DNA of 63,956 bases, the filler included, from Blastocystis sp. subtype 4 (taxonomy: Eukaryota): the NCBI RefSeq assembly GCF_000743755.1. It is 3 parts of 3 records of this genome, joined end to end, with 100 filler letters (N's around TTAATTAATTAA, not from the genome) between each part and the next. Parts side by side here need not be neighbours in the genome. Positions count along the whole stretch, not along the records: positions 1 to 22,240 come from NW_014569370.1; positions 22,341 to 44,500 come from NW_014569369.1; 1 more part is not named here. The stretch is one strand, 5' to 3'. Below the pieces are notes generated by a model. It was not told the origin of the DNA and did not search any database. It worked only from the letters and a program-made list of their open reading frames with translations. The position numbers and the translations under genes are program-made. Below, in pieces: positions 12,542 through 24,237 of this stretch (within the stretch, counting starts at the first letter, position 1; every line of letters begins with the position of its first letter).

Positions 12542-15269
12542 ATGAGAATCCTCCGTGTCCCTTGGATTGGTCACGATGGTACCTAGTTGCAAAAAGCTAG
12601 CTCATTGAACGTAGTTACTTCCATTTACTCGGTTGATTTCCATCCGACTGAACCTCTTGTAGCAACTGCAGGAGGAGGTACATTCTTATCTCATTTCTCT
12701 AACTATTGTAGATTCTAATGTTATGATATGGGCACTCGATCCTATCTTCTCAGAAGAAAAGGAAAATGACGAAACTGTGGATAGATTGTTGAGTATTTTA
12801 AAAGGACATTCCAACGTCGTTACAACGTGCCGATGGTCGCCTGATGGCAAGTACTCTTGTCAACTTGTTTTTCATCTGTCTAGATTACTTGCTAGTGCTT
12901 CGGATGATGAAACGGTGCGTATTTGGAGAAAAACAGAAAAGAAGATAGAAGAGGAGAAAACAAATGTACCTGAGGGTGAAGAAGAGGAGGAAGAAGATGT
13001 AATCCAATATGAATGTGTTCGTATATTCAAAGGACATCATTCAGGTATAAGTTGGGATCAAAATCGATTCTAGATGTCACCAACATTTCATGGAGTCCTG
13101 ATGGTAAGTATTTTTGTTCTTGCAGTGTGGATTGCCGAGTTCTTGTGTGGTCGCTCGAAGAGGACGTTCCGGTCCACATTCTGGAAGGACACTCTGCTTG
13201 GGTGAGTTCCGTAGATTGGGATCCGTGTGGAAATGTCGGAATTCCGAAACCTATTCATGGATAGTTTATCGTTTCTGTAAGCAAGGATAATGAAATACGA
13301 ATTTGGAATACAACCAGTTTTGAGTGTGTTCATACCATTCGGGGTCTTCAGAGTGATCAATATGGAAGTGGCCTCTACAAGGTTGCTTGTTGGTCCTCAG
13401 ATGGAAGCATGTTGTGTGTGACCCATACTGTTTATGTGGGTTCTCTGACACAAGATTACCTCTAGAAACAGTTCCCTACAGCCTTACTTTTAGCTCGATC
13501 TTCATGGGTTCCTCAAGTGGTATTAGTCGGTCATGCAGGAATTGTTGGGGCAGCTCGATGTGCGCCTACCCTTCTCCGTCATCAAGATTCGTTGTTACAG
13601 TTGATATCCTTAGGATGTGATGTAGTTATGTTTGTGAAGAATTTCTTGTAGGATGGCTCAGTGTCCATTTGGAGAAATGATCTGAATCAACCTCTGGTAG
13701 TCCTTCGAGGTGCCTCACGGAATGTTGTGGCAGATATTGCATGGAGTCGAAATTGTCAGTATCTGATGTTTGCTTCCGGTGAGGGAGTGGTGGCTGTCGA
13801 ATTTGATGAGGCAGAATTAGGAGGTCAACCTATTTCGGAGAGTGAGTTATACCAGCGAAGAGAGAAAATGGATCAGAGAAAACGATTGAGCATGTTGGAG
13901 ACACCTGAGGGAATCTCAAATGTTGCTCCACAAACGATATCCCAACCAATTTCCCTCTCAGTACCCTCTGTAGCTGTGTCTCAGTCGCCAACATCAGCAC
14001 CTGTTACTGCTCCTAAACCTGTAGTTTCTGCACCTCAGCCCCCAGCTTCCACAGTAGCTCAGTCCGTTGTCTCCACTCCTCAACCAGTCACCTCTACTCC
14101 TCAACCAATCACCTCCACTTCTCAACCAGTCACCTCTACTCCTCAACCAATCACCTCCACTCCTCAACCAGTCACCTCCACTCCTCAACCTATTCCTCCT
14201 ACACTACAACAATCCAAAGCCTCGCAAACCCGGAAGCGGGCGGTGGAGAGCGAGGAGCCAGTGACACGTAAGCGAAAGAAGCAACAGCCTGTACAGCCCT
14301 CTTCAGAACCTCCTTCTCTCTCTTCTCGTTTGTGTTTCCCTGCCATGGCCCTCAAGCTACCTGCCGTGGTGCCTCTCCAAGCTGCCTTCCCAGGAACAGA
14401 AATATCTCTCTCCATTCAGGTTATGCCAGTGACGGGTAGCGAGGAGATGATGGCCTTCCTCCAGGCCATTGACTCGAGTGGCAATCCACAGTGGTCTTGG
14501 TTAGGACAAGGTCGGCCAGTCCTGGTAAGTTCATCCTCACATCTCATCGTTATGGTGAGCCAGGAAGGCCTTCTCTATATCCTCTCTACTGATGGACGGA
14601 CTCGAATCTCTCCTCTCCAGCTCACAGGGATCCCTTCAGCTATTGCTGTTCACTCGAGTGCCTCTGTGGACCGTGTGGCTGCTCTCACCACCGAGGGATC
14701 GTTGACGATCTGGGAAATCTCCTCGACACATCCATTGCAACGATTGGTTCAAACAGATGCAGTCTGGATGTTGCAGGAGGAGGTCTCTTCAGTGAGTCTA
14801 CAGTTCCAAAATATGGATGCCATTGAGGTCACTGTACCCTCAGCTACCTCCGCATTATTCGCTATCACCGCGGGAACCTGGGTACGACCAGATCTGCCTC
14901 TTTTTACAGCCTCTCCATATTCGAGGTCGGCACCCACTCTTGCTATCCCAGTCACATCAAATCCCGTGCTGACAACCCTCCTATCGTTCACCCAACTAGA
15001 GTCGGATTTATTCCGATTCCGTGTCCTCACTCCAGATCGTTCTCAATATGAACGATGTCTCTCTATGTATGCCGGATTAATCAGTGACCACAAGGATTTA
15101 AGGCGGTTACGATCTCTCACTGCCGAACTCAAGAGTTGTTGTATTTTTGTATGAATTCGTTACGATAATGATATGTAGGATCAGTCAGGAATGGACCTGT
15201 TCCGATCGATCGTGGCTCCTGTTGTAAAGGAGAATCCAGTATTTACAGACTTCTTGTTATCTGTTCTTT
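12542..15269 (+). CDS. HIRA: HIRA/Hir1 histone chaperone (spliced; stop predicted from poly(A))
   Basis: MRILRVPWIGHD..SIYSVDFHP..ATAGG N-terminus, WD40 repeats (WSPDG), C-terminal Hira-like region. Confidence 0.85.
14071..14190 (+). repeat. 21-bp coding minisatellite (STPQP[VI]T, ~5.5 copies)
   Basis: Tandem CTCCACTCCTCAACCAGTCAC variants inside the HIRA linker. Confidence 0.9.
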
Positions 15270-15273
15270 ATCC

Positions 15274-15281
15274 TGTTTGTT
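15274..15281 (+). terminator. TGTTTGTT 3'-processing motif (HIRA)
   Basis: Starts 5 nt after the in-frame T at 15269. Confidence 0.8.
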
Positions 15282-15332
15282 CCACATCTCATAGAAATCT
15301 GTTTTTTTGGCCTTTTCCGATTTGTCCAGGTG

Positions 15333-16443
15333 ATGGAAGAAGAGGAAGTCTGGTCTACAGATTCTAGGGACTATGAACTTTTGGGAATTGTGGGTCGTGT
15401 GGGAATTGCAGAAACGTATAATTCGGATAGGGAGCGTTTGCAAAAGTGTATAAAGGACGAAACAAACTCAATAACAAAATTGTAGCCATTAAAATCCTTG
15501 CACTAGAAAATGCCTTGACGAATATCAGTGATCTATGGAAAGAAGTTATTTCCATGAAAATGTGTAATCATCCAAATGTGCTGTGTTGCTATTGCTGCTT
15601 TTGCGTTCAAGATCACTTATGGATTGTCACTCCCTTTATGGAGAAGGGTTCTTTGCTACGAATTCTCCAATATCAAATGGAGCAAGGAAAAGTCGATGCT
15701 GATGAAGGTTTAGATGTAGGATATGGATTCCCTTATCACCTTTAGGAGAATGTAGTTGCTGCAGTTATCAAGCAGGCGGCGTATGGGCTACAGTATCTTC
15801 ATGAAGCTAATCTCCTTCACAGGTATTTCTTTTCACTCTCTTATAGTGTAGAGACATTAAGGCAGGGAATATTCTCATTGATACGATGGGACGAATCTGC
15901 CTTGCTGATCTTGGTGTTGCGCGTGTTATGGAGGGTTCTATGAAGCAAATGCATGCCCATACTTTTGTTGGTACTCCCTGCTGGATGGCACCTGAAGTTG
16001 TAAATCACAAGGGATACAATTCATCTGTTGTCTTGAAGTTGTTCATTCATGGTTAGGCAGATATCTGGTCATTGGGAATCACAGCCCTCGAACTCTATAA
16101 AGGGTATCCTCCCTATGCCCATTATGAGGCAGTTGAAGTCATGATCCGAACAGGTCAAGGAGATCCCCCTTCTTTTAACTCATACCCACCATCATCACGA
16201 TCTCCCTCCAAAGCGTTTCGGAGTTGGATTGCAGGTGTCTTGAAAAAGGATCCCACACAACGACTGACAATCGATCAAGTGTTATCACACAGTTTTCTAT
16301 CCCGTCAAGAAGATGCAAAGAGTCAATCCCTCCTCACTTCATTTGTCCAATCCATTCCCGATTTCAATAGTGAGATCGATACAGAGGAGACAAGATTCCA
16401 GTCTCCTCCCAAACCTCATTGGTGCTTTCAATTCTCTGTTTGA
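15333..16443 (+). CDS. STE20-family kinase, OSR1/SPAK-like (spliced)
   Basis: [51 protein letters not shown]. Confidence 0.9.
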
Positions 16444-16454
16444 TTCAACAAATA
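16437..16454. terminator. Back-to-back 3' motifs TGTTTGAT(+) and TATTTGTT(-)
   Basis: Lies between the convergent kinase and RME-8 genes. Confidence 0.65.
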
Positions 16455-16458
16455 CACA

Positions 16459-19400
16459 AAGGAAGAGATGATCTCAAAATACTCGAAGCTTCATGTGGAG
16501 TACGCTCAAATGTCGTTTGTCGAAGTTTGATGCCTTTCTCTTCATCTTTGGGTACAATGGATTCCGAACGCGAATTCTTGTGGTAGTTCTCCCACAGCTT
16601 CTTTACACCATCCATCGTAAACCGATTGCTCTTACGATCCCACTTCTCACTCTTCATATTCTCAGCATTCAGTTTCGCCACTACCTCCTTCATCAACTCT
16701 CGCAATGCTTCACGCACTTCCACTGACCACACTCGAATACTACCATCCTTATCAAATGCTTCATGTTGCATTCGAATGAACAGATAGACAATCGATGGCT
16801 CCTTCTTGAACTGGTCCTGGAACTTGCTTGTTGTGATCTCCAGCACATCCGCCTCTGCTTCTGGAATTGCTATTAATTCCCTGATTATCGCCAGATACAC
16901 TCTGGCCATACATCGTGAATCTGTCAGATCTCCTGAATAAGACAGTACTGATGCAAATGCATAGAACAGGACACCTCCATGGTAACAGGTCTCACGCAAA
17001 GCCACACTCTTTGATATCAGAATACGAAGGATCTCCGTTACTCGATACGCATTACCTGCGTCCATGAACATGGAAGTAGGCGTTGCTGATGCCAGCACTG
17101 ATGATGCCTGGAGCAAATCCAGTAGATAGCTTCGTTCTGCTATTGCTGCATTATTGCGTTCGAATTCTGCCATTCCATAATTCTGCTGAACCACAAACTC
17201 CAGTACCGATAAGATGGTTTCCTGAGCCGTAGACACGTTCTCCCGTAATACATTCACACAGAAAGAGACCATCGAAGTGTACAGTGCATCTTCAAGAGGT
17301 GTGGTATTATCCTGGAGGAAGAGGTACAAAGCCTTTACCAAAGCTGCATAGTCTTCCTTCTTCTCATTCACATTAACATCAGCATTCAGATTCTCAATCA
17401 GACCATTCAGGAAAGCTGAAGGCTGGATCTTGCAGAATGGCCATTCAATAAACTGCCAGACAAATATATCAGCCACTACAAGCTGTGCATTCAGTGTCAC
17501 ACGAGCTGGCTTGATTCGTTTTGCTACCTCATTCTCATGATACTCGTACTCCTGATCTGTTGTTCGCATCGTACGACTCTCACTACGTAAAAACGTCTTC
17601 AAGTCTTCACGCACATGACTATCCCAGTATACGGTTGGGGTATGAATGTCCGAAGCTAATACTTCTAACAACTCCTTGGGGTTCTCATCACAATTCGCTA
17701 GCACATCACTCTTTTCACTTTCCCCGCGGAACAAAGGTGTAAACAGAGCAACAATGTACTTACGAACATCCTCTCCATATTTGAAATTCCTCATCATTTG
17801 ACCAAGAAGAATCACCGCCATATCTTGAACATCCCCATCATACCCGTTCTCAAAGAAGAGGATCATATCCAGAATAACGAGAATGATTCCAGAAGTGAGA
17901 ATCATTTGAACTACCTGCTCATTCTTGTTAGCAAATTGCTCGAGAATCTGGAGAATTGGCATATATGTCTTGGAACAATTGCTTTGAAGGAGCAGACGAA
18001 GTGATGGGACAAATGATGACAAGATATCACATCCACTTGGAGTGGAAACAGCAGTTTGAAGTAATGATAAGAGAACCTTCTGCAAGTCCCACCCAATGGT
18101 GGTATCTCGAAGCAAATCAAACAATTTGTGAATCATGCTATCGTTAACAAATGACTGTTGTAGTGTTGGGTGATATGTGAGCAAGGCTAGCAAACTCTGC
18201 GAAGATACAAGCAAACGATCCAATACATTCGTACGATCCTGCTTATTGCTCAGTCCTAGCTCCTGTGCACTTTGTAACTGAACCACATTCACCATGAGAG
18301 CCTTCATGAAATGTTCTGGAGTAGGATCTGTGAGTTCTGAATCAGGATGTTCCAAGAATGGAGTCAAAAACACTTCATCCACAATATATTCAGATTGAAG
18401 ATTCGTGTAAATAGAGAGATATCCCCCACGCTTACAGAACTTATGAATGTTCCAATAACCACTCTCACTATCCTCACTCTCATCAATCAACTGATCCTCA
18501 GCAGCAAGAACTTCACTCAGATGTGTAGCCATATCCAGATCCCAGATCAGGAGTGGCTGACGAATTTTACTTGAACGCATCTTCTCCAAAAACGAATGAC
18601 TTCGTAAAGCTTTCATTAGACCTGGAGTTAACAGTTGTGTCATTGCATCCAATACAATGGAAGGAGATGGAGTTTCACTATCAACACCAGCCAACAATTC
18701 CAGACAGCGTACAGCACTTTCAATGATCTCCTTATCCAAATACGATTTGTTCTCCAAACAGAGAGTGATTTGAATGAACGAGATCAAACCACCACAGTTC
18801 ACTACAATCTCTAGCAATTTCTCGTCATGAAGAAGCAGTTCAAAAGTCTGCAACACTTCCAGACCTACTGGACGACAGAACTCGATATTATCCAGAAATA
18901 CGAAGGGAGTGAGAGAATGAATGAAATGAGGAAATGCTATCAGACTCTCTAAAGCTCGTGTTGTTGTCTTGCCGGCCATCAAACAGACACATTGGAGAGT
19001 TCGATGTAATACCTCACTCAGAAGACTCTTGGGATCCCCCAACTGATCAAACAGAACTTCAGATGAACAGTTCTGGATCACAAGATCAAAATCAGAAATG
19101 CAGTTTGCCTCTGCACATTCACACAGATTCACGGAGGATGGTTTACCATAGCTCTGAGGCTGTAGTGCCTCCAGAATCACCTCTAACGCATCGTTTGCCA
19201 TCTCCACATTACTTGGGAGCATGAAATTGGCTGTCAAACACCGTCCCAAAACTGCAAACGCTCTCTTGCCGACTTTTGAGATTTCCTTCTTCGTCCGAAG
19301 AAGTTTCAGCAGTGATTTGAGAATCATCGCTACATCCTTGTACGTCAGATCTCCAGGTTCGCTCATGTTGTGAACAGCATTCAAACGCAAATCCAACTCG

Positions 19401-22240
19401 CGGATCAACTCATCCAAGAACACAGAACAATCCACTGTACATGGAACTTCACATTCATCTTGCAGGAAGGCCTCCAAAAACACAGTACAAACACACAATT
19501 TGTCTTCAATCGTCACATATTGGATAACCGCGGGAATCGAATACTCCCATTGCTGAGAAGGATCTTCCGTGATTCTCTCGATATAAGGAGCCAGTTGCAG
19601 TTGGAGTTCTGATGAGAGATGCGAACGTAGGTCAGTACCCCACAACACATCCGAACTCTCCACAGATTCGGCTGAGAATACCTCTCTGAACTGTTCTGGT
19701 CCCTCTCGCATCAACACTGAGATTAAACACGAGGGAAGGAAAAATCGGAGATAACTGTACTTATGAGCCAATGCTACGACCTTCTCTTTGTCATCTCCAG
19801 CACTTTGAATCAAAGTAGGCAAATCCACTTTATCACCAACATCCCCAAAGCTCTCCAACACATCGCTAGGATCCTGCAGCAAGCTAAATCGCCATAACAA
19901 GTCAGCAACGATTGGATCCATTCCTGCTGGACCGCAGGAAGAGAGAAGGAGAACACGGAAAAGACCTGAACGGAATACTGTACTCTGGAGACGAGCACAT
20001 GATGTGAGAGAAAGAGAAATGATATCAAGAAGAGTTTGCTCCAAACGATCGTCCACAAGCAGAAGAGCCACACGAAGCATACGACTGAGAATAGGTTCAG
20101 TAATCAAATCAGAGCGGATTCGAGCCATACTATGACACGCATTACTTAACACTTGAAGAATCAACAATACTCTCTCCATATCAGGTAATGGTTTAACATC
20201 ACATTTCACACTACCTTCATCTGACAGAGGAACAGAACGACTTGTTCCTCGCATCACTTCATCAATTGTTTCCGTAAGAACAGTAGTGATCATATCCAAT
20301 CCATTGTAGTCCTGGAATTGTTCCGTATTCCGTTGATGCGTACAGAGTCGTTCCAGAATTTGTAAGATCAAATCCTGCAACACAGGATCCACAGCAGAAT
20401 CTTCCAGAACAAAACACAGATATCGTAACACAGGAAAATCTTTCACAGCAGCCTCTTCTCCTTGAACTACACGTAGCATCAAATAGAACAATGATCTTCT
20501 GTCTGTGATACAACGTGATACAATGGAGAGATCACACAAATGATGAACGAATTCAACAGGTCGAACAATCCGAACTTCTTCTCCTTTCTGATAAGCATCC
20601 AACATCTGCTGTAAGTAGTAACCATCAACACACACAAATTTCTGTAACTGAGGGTACTGTACACGAAACCCATCATAATCCCACTCATCATCATATTTCA
20701 GATCTTCTAATTCTCTTGCTAAATCTGTTACAGCTTGCTGATACATCGTATTATCCCAAATGAAATCATAATGATTGCTCTCAACTCGTAGAGACTGCCA
20801 GAAACTGCTCCAGTTCGCTTCGACTGGGAATACAACTCCCAGGGCCATATTATCAAGAAGACGAATGTCTGTAGCGCTATCAGTGATCGGTCGCTCGTAA
20901 CTGACTCCGGTAAAACGAGTCTTATCACTCGGTAATTCTAGTTTCTTCACAAGTGGACTAGGGAAGATTCGATTCAGTGTCCTTAGTCCATCCGCAGAAT
21001 CTGTGGCCACAGCCATCACTATTTCCTGACTTAGAGACACATCTTTCGGATTGCTTCCGACCAACGCTCGATGCAGATGTGTGAGGAAACAACCGTTCTG
21101 AAGGAGAATAGTCTGAAACTGATGAAGTTGATCTCGACTGCAGCAAAGAAGCATAGCTTTCAACAAGAGAGCAATGTATGGATGATCCCCGTTCTTGGTT
21201 TGAAGGGAAAGGAAAGAAACATATTTCACTAACTTCGATAAAGCTAATGTAACAAATTTGGCCGTATAGTGACCACGTCTCGTATTCAAAACTTGGTAGA
21301 AAAATTCGCATGCTGCATTGCATGAAATACCATTCTTGTCATCATTCCACTCAATACAACTTGCAACTAACTCAAATCTAACAATCACTCTCATAAGCTA
21401 CATAGTACCCATCCAATTTTTGGAAGGACTCCAGAAATATATTCTCGTAAGTCTGAAACTTAATACTATCTCTACAAAAACGACGAAAGACGGTAGCATC
21501 CAGAGCAGAAATTGCTGCCGCACAGCACTCAGGTGACAACTTGTCCTTTTTTCGAAGTACAGTTAACAGTGCAGACACCATCTCTTCTGCATTCTCCGAA
21601 ATAGCCATATAGGCTCCAGAAAAGTACATAACCCTCTCGATACATTGCAATATAAGAATAATCTATGGATTACAAGACTATCCCCAACTTCACATTTCTC
21701 TTATCTACATCCCGTCCTCGTGTCTCGTCTTGGAGTAGTTCCAGTAGCTTGGATGGAACCTATAATTCATTCCCTCATTCGAATCCCACAGTGCGACCAC
21801 TCCGGTATTGGTCATAATCAAAATCTTTCTATGCAATCACAGATCACAATACAATAGATACATCAAAAGCCTGACAACTATCTAAGAATGTTTGAATCGA
21901 CAGCATATAATTGCCATTCTGGCTTTTCAACTCACGGTCGAGCTGTTTATATGCAGTTTCCTCAACGGACAAATTAGCTCCCATGTCCTTCAATAATAAA
22001 TTTTCAACGAAACGGAGTCGTTGCACTGGAAAGTTGGCCTGAACGGTTATTAACATATGCTGATTATTCTGAATATTCGCTTTTCCGAATTCAGCTTCAA
22101 CAAACAAAACTAGCAAAATAGTGTTAACAGCAGTAACTCTCTACATTCCAAAGAAATCAAAGTTCATCGCCTGGTTGGCGGGCTGTTGGGCAGGTTGCTG
22201 AGGCATTCCGTAGTTCATCGGTTGAGTGGGCTGAGGAGCC
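16459..22240 (-). CDS. RME-8/DNAJC13-like protein lacking the J domain (5' end cut by linker; stop predicted from poly(A))
   Basis: IWN-type repeats (FIWDN, VLWGT, LIWDL, VYWDS); GPEQFREVF..YSIPAVIQY..LCVCTVFL block characteristic of RME-8. Confidence 0.75.
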
Positions 22241-22340
22241 NNNNNNNNNNNNNNNNNNNNNNNNNNNNNNNNNNNNNNNNNNNNTTAATTAATTAANNNN
22301 NNNNNNNNNNNNNNNNNNNNNNNNNNNNNNNNNNNNNNNN
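22241..22340. other. Artificial contig linker
   Basis: N44-TTAATTAATTAA-N44, stops in all six frames. Confidence 0.97.
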
Positions 22341-22516
22341 TTCCAATTCGTTAACACAAGATGAGTTCATTTCTATCTCCTTCATCACCAAAAAGAGGTG
22401 ATTATTCCTCAATCATTGAAATCCTTTCAAAGATAAACAATTATTCCCAATACGAAGTTGTACATTCGTTTTGATATGAGAAGAGCGATAAATACAATCG
22501 TGTATTCTTTTTTGCT

Positions 22517-23477
22517 ATGAATCCTCTTCTCTTGTTATTTGAGGTGTGCTTGAATTGTATTCTTATGCCATTGTGGTGGATCATTGGTTGTATTGGATAC
22601 ATCTATGATTGGTTCAATTGCAAAAAGGTTCCTATTCCTAAGAGAATTCTAATTACTGGAGCTAGTTCTGGTATTGGAAGAGCTACTGCTATCGAATATG
22701 CCAACAAGGTACAATTTTGATTATTTCTCATCATTTCAGGAGATCTCTTTGCTGTTGATTGGAAGAAATGTTGAACGTCTTGAAGAGGTTGCCAAATTAT
22801 GTCGAGATAAGGGAGCAACTGTTACTACGTTTGTATGTGATCTACGAGATAGGGAGAAGATGGAGAAGTTTTTAACCGAAGAAGATGACAAAGCACCTAT
22901 CGATCTGATTCTAGCTTCTGCAGGTGTTATGATTCCTCAATGTGGAAGCAATCAGGATTATGCTGAAGTGACTAGAGAACTCTATTCAATCAACATCGAT
23001 GGTACATTCAACACGATCCTTCCTTTACTGTCAAGAATGCAGAATCGTCGTAGTGGCCAAATTGCTCTCTTTTCATCAGGTGCAGGTCTATGCAGTCAAC
23101 CAATGAACCCAATCTATAGTTCTACGAAGGTAACGTTGATGTCTTACGGAGAATCGCTTCGTTTTGCCATGCGTGACTATAACGTATTTGTAAGTGTTGT
23201 ATCTCCTGGAGCTATTCGTACTCCAATGACAGAGGTTTCATACCTCTCATCGATGCAATCATCCTTAGCTTCGCCTGAAGGAATGGCTAAAGCGATTGTA
23301 TACGGTCTCAAGAGAGATTTTATGCACATTGGTTACACTACTGGTCAATATTTCGCTGTATCGCTATTCTTCCGAGATATGCCTGCGACGGTAAAGGATT
23401 ATTTCTTCCGTGCTGCTACGCCATTCCTAAAGAAAACCAATCAGTATCTAATTGAATTCCATCCTGATCCCCAATAG
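22517..23477 (+). CDS. Short-chain dehydrogenase/reductase with N-terminal membrane anchor (intron 22709-22739)
   Basis: ITGASSGIG Rossmann motif, YSSTK catalytic motif, SPGAIRT. Confidence 0.92.
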
Positions 23478-23507
23478 GTGTAGTTTGTTTTCTGTTACAA
23501 ACAGTCG

Positions 23508-24166
23508 CTAAATTTCCCAATCTGATCGCATTTTTACGGGTTTCCTGTTGAGATTGGTCGAAAGCAATAGGGAAGCTTGTTTTTTGATGTTATGACTTGG
23601 TTTCACTTTCTTGCCACTTTCTTGCTTCACTGGAGGTGCAGTTTTCTTGATTCGTATTGATCCAGGCTTTGTAAAACCCAATCTGACTTGCGTTCCACAT
23701 AAACGGCACACCCGTTCCTATGTGATGAGTTATAAATCGAAATATAACAATGAGATTTGTGTACTTCGCCCGATGACGACACTTTTTGGCAACTATCCGA
23801 AATGATGACGTATTCGATTTGTTCATGATACAGGAGCAGTGAGGACAAAATAGATAAGGAAAAGAAGGAGGGAAATCTAGACAATGAAGGCTTGAAATGA
23901 AAGAAACTGATTTTACGTTCTCGACACAGACATTGTGCTTTGATTCTATGAGTAATTGGACTGTGACACTTCATACAGATACTGTTGTGCCAATTCTGGA
24001 TTTACTGCAAACAACTTCTCAGATAGAGATAGTAGATAGGATACTTTTTTGTCCTCAACAGACTCTAGGATGAATCACATTATACAACTTTACGAATACG
24101 TGCCTCTTTGATGGTACTGAGTGTATCATTCCTCTTTTGGCGTTCTTCTAGCGATAATCGAGGCAT
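23508..24166 (-). CDS. Putative RNase P/MRP subunit, Rpp21/Rpr2-like (spliced)
   Basis: PELAQQY..., NTSSFRI and CRLCG zinc-knuckle pattern. Confidence 0.45.
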
Positions 24167-24237
24167 AGATAAAACACTGAGGAAAAGTGTCATAATCCAA
24201 AAAGGAGGTAATTTGGTTTGAATCCAAAAACAAACAA

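Noticed and set aside
22241..22340. TTAATTAATTAA palindrome within N runs (also 44501-44600)
   Set aside because: Synthetic six-frame-stop linker; adjacency across it is not biological evidence
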